DNA of 64,000 nucleotides, taken from contig CM119268.1 of assembly GCA_051294375.1 (NCBI GenBank), positions 16,945,947 through 17,009,946 on the forward strand. The letters run 5' to 3'. This DNA comes from Paraspadella gotoi (Eukaryota > Animalia > Chaetognatha). The notes beneath the pieces are model-generated. The model was not told the DNA's origin. It worked only from the letters and a program-made list of their open reading frames with translations, and searched no databases. Shown here piece by piece: positions 50,435 to 62,830 of this stretch (positions are counted from its first letter, which is position 1; each line of letters starts with the position of its first letter). A program made the translations under genes and the position numbers.

Positions 50435-52655
50435 TCAACTCTGCGTCAGCAGCAGCGACTCCAACTCTTCGGCCGATCGATAGAGAAAAGCGGCCGACTC
50501 CCTGTAGCCGGCGATTAACTGCCTGACCGCGACTACCTCGCCGGCGCTGAGATGACAGCCCGTCGGCGGGTGCGTCGGCGGCGGCGGGTGCTGCGGATGG
50601 CCCGCGAGATGCGGCGGCGCTGGCGGCGGCGGCGGGTGCGGCAGCGTAGGCCCGTTAAACAGGGCGGGGTGAGGAGGAGGGAGAGCGGGGGCGGCGACGA
50701 CGGCAGCCGTAGGGGAGCGGGGAGAGTGAGGGGCGGAGGAGGAGGCGGACGAGGAAGATAAAGGAGAGAAGGAGGAGGAAGAGGAGGAGGACGTTTTGAC
50801 GTCGTTGTTATTGGCGGCGGCTGCCGCTGCTGCGGCGGCGGCGTCGGCGGAGGACACGGTCGGCGTTTTGGGGCGAGGCACGAACTTACTCAAGCTGAGG
50901 TCGGTGGGGACTGTTTGATTAGGGTTGGGGAAGAGGAAAATCCCTTTCTTTTTAATTTCGTTCTCGGTTCATTTTGAATGATACATATTTTAATTATTAC
51001 TGAACGTATTTAAAAAAAAAAACAATATAAAAAAAATCAAAAGGGGATAAAAATTAATTATTTCTCCTGTCTTATTCGCTGTCACATTGTGATCACGGTA
51101 AGTATCTCTATCATAATTACGATATTTATCACTTTATCACAGTTCATCACTCACCCGCCGCTTGTGACGAAGCCGCGGCGAAGAACGCTTCCTGTACCGG
51201 CGCCGGGGGCGCCTGGTAAGCAGCACCTGGCGGAGGCGCTTGTGGCGCCTGAAACGGCACCTGGAATGGCGGGCCTGACTGAGGCAGGTGCGAAGGACGG
51301 AAGATGCAGGAGCTGCTTCCGGTCCCGTTGGCGGGCTCGGCGGGCGGAGGTGGCGGGAAGAGGAGCGGGACGGGGGAAATAGAGCAGGGACGGGTACTGG
51401 GAAGGGGGAAGAGGGGCAGAGGGAAAGGAGAGGGAGCGGGAGGACAATCATTATCGAGTACGTCTTAGTGGGGCTACTATTTAACATAATTTTTATATAA
51501 CTATAAAATTAAGAGCTTTGATAATGAATTTTAATATTTTGTTATTGTTAAATAATTATAAATAATCACCCATCATCTTCGACGGCGACGTAACCAAGAG
51601 GAAACGGTGCAACTCCGTTGACGCAGACCGGGCCACCGATTCCGTTCGCCATGCTAACCGCCATGCCGCCCGCCATGCCGCCCGCAACGACGCCGTTAAG
51701 GTAAACGCCGTTGACGGCGCCATTTGGAGACGACGCAGGGAGGACGTCCGGAGACGCGGCGCCGGATTTGGGCGACGATGACGCTGGCAGATTCGGCGTC
51801 AAATGGATCTGAAGGGGAAAACGATTTAATTTAAATAATTTAATTGAATTAATTGACTTTAATTCAGCATTTGCGCTTTGCCGATTTCATTAAAGCCTGA
51901 TTGAAAAAAAAATAGGGCGATATTAAAATTTATTAAGACATTCCACAGGAGCAATCGGCCTCACACTCGGACACACCTGAGAATATGGCACACAGGGCAA
52001 ACTCACAAATCCGATCTTTCCAACATGGCCGATCCGAAGGGCCTTCGTACCAGAGAGTGACCAACCTCTCCAGTTGGTTTCACCAGGTTAATGTAATTGG
52101 CCGTTTGAAGCCACCATTCACAATGACCAATTTTCCTCACCTGACTAATCTGATTGGCCCTCAGAGGCTCGAGCCCCAACCGAATTCTCTTGGCGTTGAT
52201 GCTCTCGTTTTCGCAGGCGGAAGCGAGGATGGCCTCCGCCGCCGCAGAAGTCAGATGCGGAGGGGTGGGCCTTGAGACGATTTATTCATTCATTATATTA
52301 TATTGTAAAAAAAAATACACTATTAAAATATGATAACTTTTTTTATGCCGAATAGTCGTCGAGGCGCTGCTGATAACGTTTTTCAAGCTTAACGACTTTG
52401 GTTTACTCCAGTTTCTGGGCAAATATAATTGCTTTTTGTTTATTGCATGCAGTCAATACCTCAGCTCTGGAGGGAGATGACTAAATCCGTTGGTTCCTGC
52501 AACTGATGCGACAGCCGTCGCCTGAGATGCTGCATTCGATGCTGCAGTTGAAGCGTGTGAAGCGACCGAAGCTGCATTTTTCCCGTTGGGAGATAGAGGT
52601 TCGAAACCCGTCGAGCCTTCGCGCGACTTGCGGAAGCGTCTGATGTATGTGAGAG

Positions 52656-52718
<63 letters not shown>

Positions 52719-54207
52719 CATTTGCAAGTACGTTTTCTTCAATATATGACTTTTTTGAGTAATTTATAAACTTAAATTTCCTAATGTAACTAACTCCTAA
52801 TTACTAGCCATTAACTTACCTACAAGACTTGAGGTAAGTCCTGATCCTTTTCCTCGCCCGATCATGAAATTCGGGGAACTGGCGATTGCAAGAGTCGATG
52901 ATGGCTTGGATTTTCTCCTTCGGTTGCTTGGAGATCGGGACGCAACGATCGAGGTTTTCGTCCACGAAGAGGCGGACGAACATCTGGGGGGGGGGCGATA
53001 TGAGAAAAAGTGGGAGTTGGATGAAAATTAAGGAAAAAGGAAAATTTAGGAAAACAACGTAAAAATAAAGAAAGGCGGGGAAAAAAGATAGAAAGGTAAA
53101 CAAACTAGAAACAAAATAATCAGCAAACTAAAAAAGGATTAAAAAAAAAGAAAGGTAAATTATAGAAAAGAAAAGGAAAAGGATAAAGACAATAAGCGAC
53201 TAACGTTAAAAGCCTTGAGCCTCTCCGAATCGAATCCGTGGCCGGGAGGAAGTTTATCTTCGTCTTCGTCGTCGTCTCCATCGTCGTCTTCAACCTTGAC
53301 GGCTGCGGCTTGCAGCAAAGAATCTATGCCGCAAACGGGCGTCGATGATGCGGTGCCGTTGACGCAAATTGGCGCGGCGCCGCAAGCACCTGGGGAGCCG
53401 GCGTTGCCGTTTATACGGCGCCATCCGTCGACGTGATTGACCGACGATTGGTATATTGCGGCGCTCGGGGCGTCGATGGGATTGTCCGGCGTCGAAATCA
53501 CTGTGCGAAGCNNNNNNNNNNGAGAGAAAAGATAGTGCATTCAACGAATGGAACGGAATTGATGGAACATGAGAAGAGAAAAAAAAAGATTGGAATAAAA
53601 AATTAACACATACTCTCTCTCTCTCTTTTCTTTTTTTTACTTTTTCCCTCAAAACATGGAGACAGAGATTGAGACAGAGATATTTTTTATTTAAGATTAA
53701 CTTGTATTGCTTAAAAATGTAACATTTATTGACAAAATATCTGGCAAGGAAAAAATTAGGCCTGACAAACATTAAAATAGTCACATAGCCTATATCTGAT
53801 AGCATCTGTGATAAATCCACGACATCATCATTGTTATCAAACTTTCAAAAAGTAAGTTCTCCCTTTTGAACTCACCCTTCCGGCTTCTTCTTCCGTCATC
53901 TTCCTCTTCCTCCCATTCCTCGTCGTTGTCAGGCCTTTTGTTTCTCTCGTTTTTTCTCCGCAAGGGGCGTTGAGATCTTCGCTTTTGGCGGCGTCCTCGT
54001 CTCCGCCGCTCGGATTGACGTTGGCGTTGACGGCGTTGATGATCGCGGCGACGGCGGCGGTGGCGGCGGCGGTGGCGGCGCCGTCGTGCCCGTTGACGGC
54101 GTTGTTACCGCCCCGGGCGTCGCTCGCCGGGCAACTGACGATCTCGCCGCACAGTCCCGCCAAATTTTCGCGAGGACTCTGCGGCGGCATCGTCGGCCGC
54201 GATTTGA

Positions 54208-54240
<33 letters not shown>

Positions 54241-54511
54241 GGTTCGTCACGGCGATCGCCGTCGTCGATATCGTCGTAGTCGTCGGGGAATCGTCATCGT
54301 CGTTGTAATTGTTGTTGTTGTGATTGTTCGTCGTTTGATTACCGATAGGCGGACGTTTCTGCTTGCGCGAAATCTTTTGTTTTGTTTCGAGCATGCGTGG
54401 TTCGACCGGTGCTGCCGCGGGCGACAACCACGGGGAACCTCGCGACGACAAATGAACATCGGAAGGAGGAGACAAGCTGCCTTCCCGGCTGTTGCCCGAT
54501 GAGTGAGATTC
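50435..54511 (-). CDS. NOL4: Nucleolar protein 4 / NOL4-like homologue (5' end uncertain)
   Basis: Exons 54511-53876, ~53511-53205, 52983-52820, 52639-52460, 52270-52141, 51808-51570, 51396-51155, 50910-50435. Hallmark motifs ERLKAFN|[84 protein letters not shown], and [30 protein letters not shown]. Confidence 0.93.
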
Positions 54512-55690
54512 CTGGGTAGATTTTAAAAATATATTGTTTTATAGACACATACGTAAATACATAAACATATATTATAATATATATTTTAGTATATTATATT
54601 AAAAATATATATATAATAATATATATAACATAATAATAAACATTACAGTATATCGTTTTTCCTGAAAATTATTCAATCATTACTTTTAGACATCGTATAC
54701 CAAACGGAAATAATTACATTCTCATTATAATGACAATTTAACCCTTAACATATAATAGCAGTGTTTTCGGGGTATTAACTATCAAGGATAAGAGAAAAGA
54801 CAGTCTAACGGGGGGGGCATCTTAAATTATTATTAACTCATCTCATTTGAAATGAAATTAACCCGGAAGCGATTTTTTTTTTGTTAACAATGACAATTAG
54901 TTTTTTACTTTTAGATAGTGGTTTCTTCTTTACATTGTATTTAATTTTAATTAACTTTACTTAATTTTACTCAAGGTACATTAAAGTCTGACTACCAAAC
55001 AATGTAAACACCCCTGAGAAAAATTCAGTTAAAAAATAGATGTAAAAACGCACGATTCTGATCCTGTTGCCTCTGGAGGGCTCCTTTTTTTTCTTATGTC
55101 AAATAACCATCATTTTGACATCAAACCATTCGATACAAATGGACTGATCCGCTCAGGAAAAAAATTTTGACGCAATTTTTATATATAAAATAAAGGAATT
55201 TCTCAACTTCAATACAACGTAAACGCATTTAAGGTATGTTGTGATTTTACAATAGCCATATGGCTGAAGAGCTCTCAAAATTTTTCTTTACATCTTATTT
55301 AGTTATTTTAATATGATACAATCATGGTAAAGTGAATAAGTCCATTTTGGTGAAATTTTTATTTAAAGTAAAAGTAAAAGAGGAGCTAACGATCGGAATT
55401 CTAAGAGTTTTAAACCGGGAGCCAGATTCAGGAAAAAATCTTCTATGGCGAAAATCTTCCAAAGAAGGGGGAAGAAGGGGTGGATTTTCTAAGATTTTGG
55501 TTAATATTTTCTCTATTTATGGTGGTTTTTTTTTTAAACTTAACAATAGCAATATTGCCATCGTTCTACATTTGCCGGTATAAGTATATATTAAAAAAAC
55601 CTCTGGCTTTTTTCGTCAGAGCTTATCCTAGTACATGTCTATGGACTAGAACACTGCTTTAAGTTTCCAAAATTCAAGATTCGTCTTGGG

Positions 55691-55750
<60 letters not shown>

Positions 55751-56759
55751 AGAGAGAGAAATTCACTCGGGCGTAAAGGGTGAACTTAGGTAATATTTTG
55801 CCTGATTAACTGAGCAAATTACCTAGGTAAAGAAAATATTTTTCTTAATTAAGATAGGCATTTTCTTTGTATTTTTTAAAAAATAAATTAAACAATATAT
55901 TTTTTTGGGTTTGATTTCCTTATTAACTTGATAAATGATGAATTGAAAGATGATAGAAAGACTAGTAATAATAATGTGGGTGCATACATTTAAAAAGATC
56001 TGTAATGTACATATCCTGATATGCTTGAAAGGATGAAAACCTCGATCAGAAAAATGTTATAAAATATATCAAAGACTCAAATGATCCCCCAAAAATTTGC
56101 ATCTTATCATCAAAGTCAAAGCTTACTAGAAATTCTTTGTGCTCTCATACGATTTACTTGTCTCATTACTTAGCTGATTATGTAAAAAGATATGTTTAAG
56201 ATACAGAAAGTACAAAACTAATGGTCATGACATACAAACAAAAAAGTATAAGAAAATTCAGCCGACAGCTATTTTTTATTATTACAGAAGTTTTAATCTA
56301 GTTAATGTGAGAAATAACATTTATTAACATATTAAAAAAACATCTTAATCTTAATCGAAAAAAATTATGTGCTGGAGTCCAAACCCTGTCACCAAACTTG
56401 GTCAAAGCAAAGTATACATTTTTAGCTGTTAATTTTTCTTTTTAATAAGATTATTTTTTTTGTTAAAAGTATTCTAGGGCTTAAAATAATGTAATGTCAA
56501 TGTTAAGCAAAGTTTTATATTTTAAAAAGATGTATAATTTAAAAATTAATACCCTAAATATTGCATTTTATTAATTTAATCATTTATATGTAATTTTTTA
56601 TCAATTTGTCTGAATTTATTTAAAATAATGTTTCTCTTCTTAATTTTAGCAAATTAGATCATAAATTTGTCAGTTATATTTCTATTTTAAAGCTACTTTC
56701 GTCAATTAAAAATTGTCTACTTTTATTTAGAGAGAGAGAGAGAGAGCGAGAGAGAGCGG

Positions 56760-56792
<33 letters not shown>

Positions 56793-57203
56793 GAGAGAGA
56801 GAGGAAATTGCTCTACTTATTCACGCGATTCTAATTCTTTATAAAAACTCATTCGCGATTCGGTTCACAGGTTCTGTGTTGCAGCTGATCAGACGAGAGT
56901 GCTCTCTTTTCATAGTATTTCTGTGTCGACAATTATCTTCTACTTTTCCTCCTTTTGCTTTCTCAGGAGTTTTAATAATTAATTATTACCGGCTTTTCTA
57001 ATTTTTTTTTATTACTTGAGATTTCGTTTTCTCTGAAACCCGTTGTTCCAGTTTTTAACAATTGCAATCTTTCCGAAGATATCGCTCTCCGCCTCTTTTT
57101 TTTTCACATCCCGTTTCTTTCTTAGTCGGACTCCCCAGATTTCAAAGATCGCTCGATCGTCTTCGAACTTCCGTTCTGCTTCCGAAGTTAAAGAAACTTA
57201 ACA

Positions 57204-58259
57204 ATGGGTAAGAATGAATACTTGTTTACATGAGATTAATTGGTGAATTTATAGAAGGGAAACGCCTGTTTTTGATGAGGTCGCAATTGTAAGTAAATCT
57301 TAAACGGCGATAAAACCAGAGAAAAGCTCCAAAATGTAACGCATTAGTTCAGAGTGTAACATCCTAGACCATGCTTTACAGCGGATGAAACAGAGGTTCC
57401 GCACAAGAACCCGATCCGGTGACCGGCCTGACCAAAAACCAAGCCGAGATTCTGCAGGTCACGTGGGCAAAGCGATCAAGGATCAGCGTGCCGCCGGGGT
57501 TTCTCTTTTGGAAAATATTTTTCAACAGGTGACCATCGGGATTTTGGTTTTAGAGATTTCGTTGGACAAATTTATATTGGATCAACTTTCATTTCAGATC
57601 ATCCTGACGCGAGGGACTTATTCAAGGAGTTTAAGGACAAGCCGATTGAGGAGGTAAAGGTTTTACTAAATTTTTACTAATATTTACTAATCACAACCAT
57701 CTACTTGTTATTTTTTTCAAACTTTAAAAAGATTTTGTCAATGCGCGTCTCCGCGCGCACGCGTCACAGTCATGCGCGCCATCTCTACGGTCATCGATAA
57801 TCTCGACGATGCCGACGTGGTCGTCGAACTACTTGACAAGCTGGTGATGACAAAAAGGAGTTGACAATGACGAGGGCGGAGTTGCTATGGAAAGAGTGAC
57901 AAGACTAACATTAAATTTTTAAGGGTTACAAACCATTTCGCTCGTGGCGTCAATAGTGAGCATTCACCCGCGTCAAAAACGCTGGTCGGTCAAGATGCTG
58001 AAGGAGGCGCTGGAAGACGAATTTCAAGAGGAAGTCGCCGAGGTAACATCATGATCTATTAACTGACTCTCGGCTGAAATAAATAATAACCTTTTTCAGC
58101 GAAAAAAAGTAATGTCAGTAAGGTTAAATTAAAATTTTTGGTCTATCGGTGTAATTGACACCGTGATCTTTGAATTGCAGACTTGGGAGAAAGCTTTGGA
58201 CGTGGTGGAGGCAGTCGTGCATTCAGGGAAACGAGAATGCCGCGTCCGAGAGCCAATGA
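57204..58259 (+). pseudogene. Globin gene (6 exons) with ~10 single-base indels: pseudogene or uncorrected sequence
   Basis: Exons 57204-07, 57382-528, 57598-653, 57732-843, 57924-58042, 58181-259. The frame-corrected protein has PDPVTGLT..Q..ILQVTW, HPDARDLF (CD1 Phe), RLRAHA.TVM (E7 His), IDNLDD, L|..NHFARGV (F8 His) and ETWEKALD. Confidence 0.85.
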
Positions 58260-59068
58260 TCAATTGGCGATTATGACGACAGACGTCAGATTTTAGCCAT
58301 ATTGTATGCTAGATTTTTACCCGGTTAAAGATTCAAGTAAATTTTTACTTGTGAAATTTAATTAATAAACGGAAATGGTGGATGTTTGACTTTTTCTTTT
58401 TTAAAACGATTCGTCAGAAATTTTAGTTTTCTATGAAGTATAATTCTTCTCTATTACTTAGTACTTTGTAATTTTGGGATTTGGTCATCAAGTACAAGTT
58501 TTCGCGCTATCACTTTCCAATACGAATGTTCCCATTTATATCAGCTAAAAATCAAAACTCTGCTTCTTGCAGAGGTTGCAGTGCTGATACACAATTCGTG
58601 TCCTGTACGACGCTTGCGGACATTGCCATTCCGACATGAACGCCGACTTGGGTTTCGTGTTGAGCGCTCGGCGGTTCGCGTGAGAGGCAGTGAACTTCCG
58701 CGTTCAAGGGAATAAAGGTTAACAAATTAGTTTTCTCCCTCGAATTTTCTCTTTTTTTCCTCTCTCCTTCTCTATCTTCGTTTCCACTTCCCCGTTTTTT
58801 TTCTCTTTCCGTCTCTCCCACCCTCGAAGAACCGATAACTTTATTATGTCCTCTTTTTTTTTTTCGTTTTTTCGTCAGTTAGATTTCAAACGCGTAAGAA
58901 AAAAGTCAAAACCTGAATTTAAGATTTTAACAGATCACCTCTGTTATGATTTTCAATGCCTTTTGATAAGAGGGAGAAAAAACTGAAACTATTACCATTT
59001 TTATCGATGAAATATTAGCAAAAATTGTACCAGGAAAACATATTCATTGAGCAGGAATATTAAATTTA

Positions 59069-59255
59069 GGCTAATTTTACTTTCGCCGACCGCGGTTTTT
59101 GGAGGCTTTTTGAAAAAACCATTAAAAATATTTATTTTATAAAAAAGAAAATTCCTTAATTACCTTAACCCTAACCACCCTAACCTTAAACCAACCCTAA
59201 ACCACCCTTAACCTTAACCCTCCCTAACCCCGGTTATCGAAAGTAAAAGTTACCC
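59069..59255. mobile_element. MITE with telomere-like core
   Basis: TIRs GGCTAA-TTTTACTTTCG / CGAAAGTAAAAGTTACCC, flanked on both sides by TAAATTTA (59061-68, 59256-63). Internal degenerate CCCTAA repeats at 59163-59230. Confidence 0.75.
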
Positions 59256-60349
59256 TAAATTTAAATAAAGCACTATTGTGACAAGTATTTGTTGTTGGAT
59301 AATAAGTCTCGATCTGAACTCTGTCCCGTTTATTTTTGCCACGACTATGACTATCCTTTTAAAGAAAATCTAAAGGCTTGCGAGCGTCATTCTCCAACCT
59401 TCGACTTCGCCTTACTGCGCTTATAACATCTTCGATTTATTTTTTTTTTTATCTCCTCGCCGCTTCAATTATTTCCCCGCCCCAGTACCTCCTTCCCTAT
59501 CTCCCCGAAATCTCCGCCCCCCCCGCGCCCCCTCCATCCTCGCAGTCTCCCTCGTCTCTTCTCAATCTCTTCTTTGGAGCCAAATTTTGTACAATTCAAT
59601 TAGCGAAAACTTCAGGACGTCCAACGACCGGGGGAGGACGCTTTTTTTTTGTGTGTGGGGCGAGAAAGAGAGGGTGAAAGACTGAAAGTTGTGGGGAGAG
59701 TTGGGGGAGCGAAGAGTGGAGGGGAGCGAAGATGTGGGTGGGCAATGCGGAGGGAGGTGGGACGGATTTTTTTTTTTACGGTTGCGGGACATGAGACTTG
59801 GTGAGCGAGCGGTTCTTGTTTTTTTTCGAGACAAGAATGGATCGGAGGGAGAGAGGAGAGGCGAGAGANNNNNNNNNNNNNNNNNNNNNNNNNGTAATTA
59901 AACACTATATAGAGGAACAGAAAAGAACGGTGTGTACAGAATTTAACAAATTTGTAATGGTTTGTACGTACGCTACTCAGTTCCTCCTCTGTTGCTAGGC
60001 AACCTGACTTCCTCCTCATTCCCCGTCGGCTCTAATTCGAATTTTAATTTCTTAGAAGTGTTTTCCGTGTCGTCTTGAGTTGTTATTTTCGTGAAATAAG
60101 TTCATAGTATCAAATGTATTTTTTTCCTTTTTCTTCCCTAACTAACTTGCTCAATCACTCAGTTTCACGTCTTATAATTTTGTTTAAAGTTTAATTAACT
60201 TCATTTTTTTTTTTTTTTTTTTTTTTTTTTTCATTGCTGGGCACAAACGTAATAAACAAATCTAAATATAGCTGCATCTGTCCTCTTATTGTTTCTCTCA
60301 TTTATCTTCTTTTTGTAAAGTTAAAGGTCAACTGGTCCACTAACTTTAA

Positions 60350-62830
60350 TAAATTGATTTGTTTGACAACAACCTCCATGTCGTCGTCATCGTCGTCTCT
60401 CTGAGCCGTAGAAACCATTTCTTTCCTCTTATAGGTCCCTCAACTCGTGTTCATGTTTACACCATCCAAGCCTCGTGAATTTTACATTATCCAGAGTTTT
60501 CCTTTCACTCCAGAATATTTTGGCTCACATCTTTCTCCCTTGAATGTGAGTCCTCAAAACAAAATTTATTTCACCTGCAAGTTTATGCACCTTTTCCTAA
60601 GGCATCAAACTTTGTCAGCTGCTCCAAGCAGCAAGTTGTAGGAGACCTTCTCCTAAGCAACTTTTTTCGTCTTTCTTCTTCCCTTAGACGAGCATCGTAA
60701 CGAAATATTGGCAATATTAGCAATTTTAAATGTGAGACCAAGCTCGCCGAATTTGTGAAAAAATTGACATCACAAATTTCTTTCTTTGTATTAAGCATTA
60801 ACTTAAAGCCCAGCATGTTTTATTCGTCAAACACATGAATTTTTCTCTTTATCCTTACATTTTACTACAAGTAGATGTGATCAAACGATAGTGACGAAGT
60901 TTGTGATAATTCGTTGAACCAAACCGTAGTGTCATAACCATAATCCTATACATTTCCGTCCTTATTAGATCTCCTCATTCATAGAAAGATTTTTTAGACG
61001 TTAGAAAGGAAAGCAAGGGGTGGAGGCTCCACCGACCTTTTTACACGTAAGACCTTGGTACTTAAACAGATTGAGCATTCATAGTACAGAACATCCAGCT
61101 CGGCCTTGGCGTTTGACAGCTTAAACTTAGGCTCAAACAGAAGACTTAAGAACTGAATTGTCGACGATGTTCAGATGAAGTAAGGCGTAAAATGAACTCC
61201 AAATGATAAAAAAAAAGTATAAAATTAGGCCCACTCATTCATATGTGCGGCAGCTCTATGCAAACTTCTTCTCCATGCCATACGACCAGCGATGTGGAGA
61301 CAAAGATGCTTCTTCAACCTCAGACTCTGTATGTTACTTGATCACAGGTTGATGACTCTTTCGACAGTTTTCCCCTTTAACGGCTTCTTTAGCCACTTCT
61401 CTCCAGCAGCTTCTCCTGCAGCTTCTCCAAAGCTCGTTCGCTACCTCCACAGCAACATTTTCCGCAAAGCTTTTTCGCAGCTTTTCCGGCAACTTTTTCC
61501 GCAACCTTTTTCGTACTAGTTTCGCGAACTTTTCCACAACTTTTTTCCGTAACATTATTCGCAACTTTTTTTCGTCGTCGTTTTTTTTCCACAACTTCTT
61601 CAACAACTTTTTCCGTCAACTATTTCCGCAACTTTTTCCGTAACTTCCTTCTGCGACTTCTTTACAGCTTCTTCTTCATTAGCAACTTCTTCAGCAGAAA
61701 ATTCGACAGCAGACAGCCTTTCATTCAGCAACGCTTCCTCTGCAGTAACCTTTTTAGCAGAAACTTCGTACTTCAGCAGCCTTTTCATCAGCAATCTCTG
61801 AGTAACTTCTTTAGCAAAATTTCTACTTAGTAACCTTTTCTACAGCAACTTTTTCCGCAGGCAGCTTCTGCAGCAGGTTTTTTCTGTCGCGCGACGTCTT
61901 CTTCAGCAACTTCTGCAGCAACTCTTTCTGAAGCAAGTCTTTTTCAGCAACTTTTCTCCAGCAACTTCTATCAGCACAACTCTTTCTGAGCAAGTTTTTC
62001 TTCAGCAACTTCTTCTCCAGTAACTTTTGCAGCAACCTTTTCTGTACGCAATTTTTTTGTCAGCAGAAGTACTTCGAGCAATCTTTCTGCACAACTTCCT
62101 CCTGCAGCAACCCTCACAGCAACTTGTTTCCTCACAGACTTCCTCCACTAGCCACTTCCTTTGCAGACGCATTAAACGGGTTTCTCACGCAGCAGTTTCA
62201 GTTTCAGCGGGGTGATACAGTGGCAGTTGATGGCCGGCAACAATGGCGGGCCGGCGTGCGAATATCTTCTCCAATGACGGAGGGACGGCCTGATGTAAGA
62301 TTGATTTCGTCTCCGTCGTCCTCGACGGAGGTCCACGTCGCGGCGGTCGGCGGCCGATGATTCTTCATTGCTGCTATTTCTCCGATGGCTTCTCGGACTT
62401 TGAATGAGTTCGTCGAGATGCCTTAGTTTGTTCTCCTTTTGATTTGCCTCTACTAATGTTATGAATTCTCTCTTTGGCCGCTTTTTCTATTTCTTTCATC
62501 GTTTCAATCTGAATTCGTAATCACCCTTCTTTCTTACTTTCCTTGCATCTCTCATTAACTGTAGCCCTGTCTTTTAAATCGTTCTATATCTCGCTTTTCT
62601 ATCTATCTTTGCTCTCTCTCGCTTTTTTTCATCTAAGTCCTCTTCTCAACCTTGATCGAGACCTAACCTGATACTGATCTCTCTTGAGACGATCGAGGAC
62701 GTTAGTTACCGACGTGCCTTCCTTTCTCGATGAATCGGACGCTGCGTTTCGATCGGTCCAAAACTCCCGAGATTCCGTCGTGGACCCGCTCGACGGCGCG
62801 GATTCTCATGATCTCGCGAGGGAATGCTGA
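60350..62830 (-). pseudogene. Decayed intronless coding sequence (RS-rich start, EEVAEK-type repeats, C-terminal CxxC), probably a mobile-element or retrocopy relic
   Basis: Coding-like composition across frameshifted fragments (KVAEEVVEKK.., LYYECSICLSTK) with many stops; no splice signals or intronic microsatellites. Confidence 0.45.

Noticed and set aside
58552-58720. NOL4 N-terminal exon
   Set aside because: None of the three minus-strand frames resembles the NOL4 N-terminus; left unassigned.
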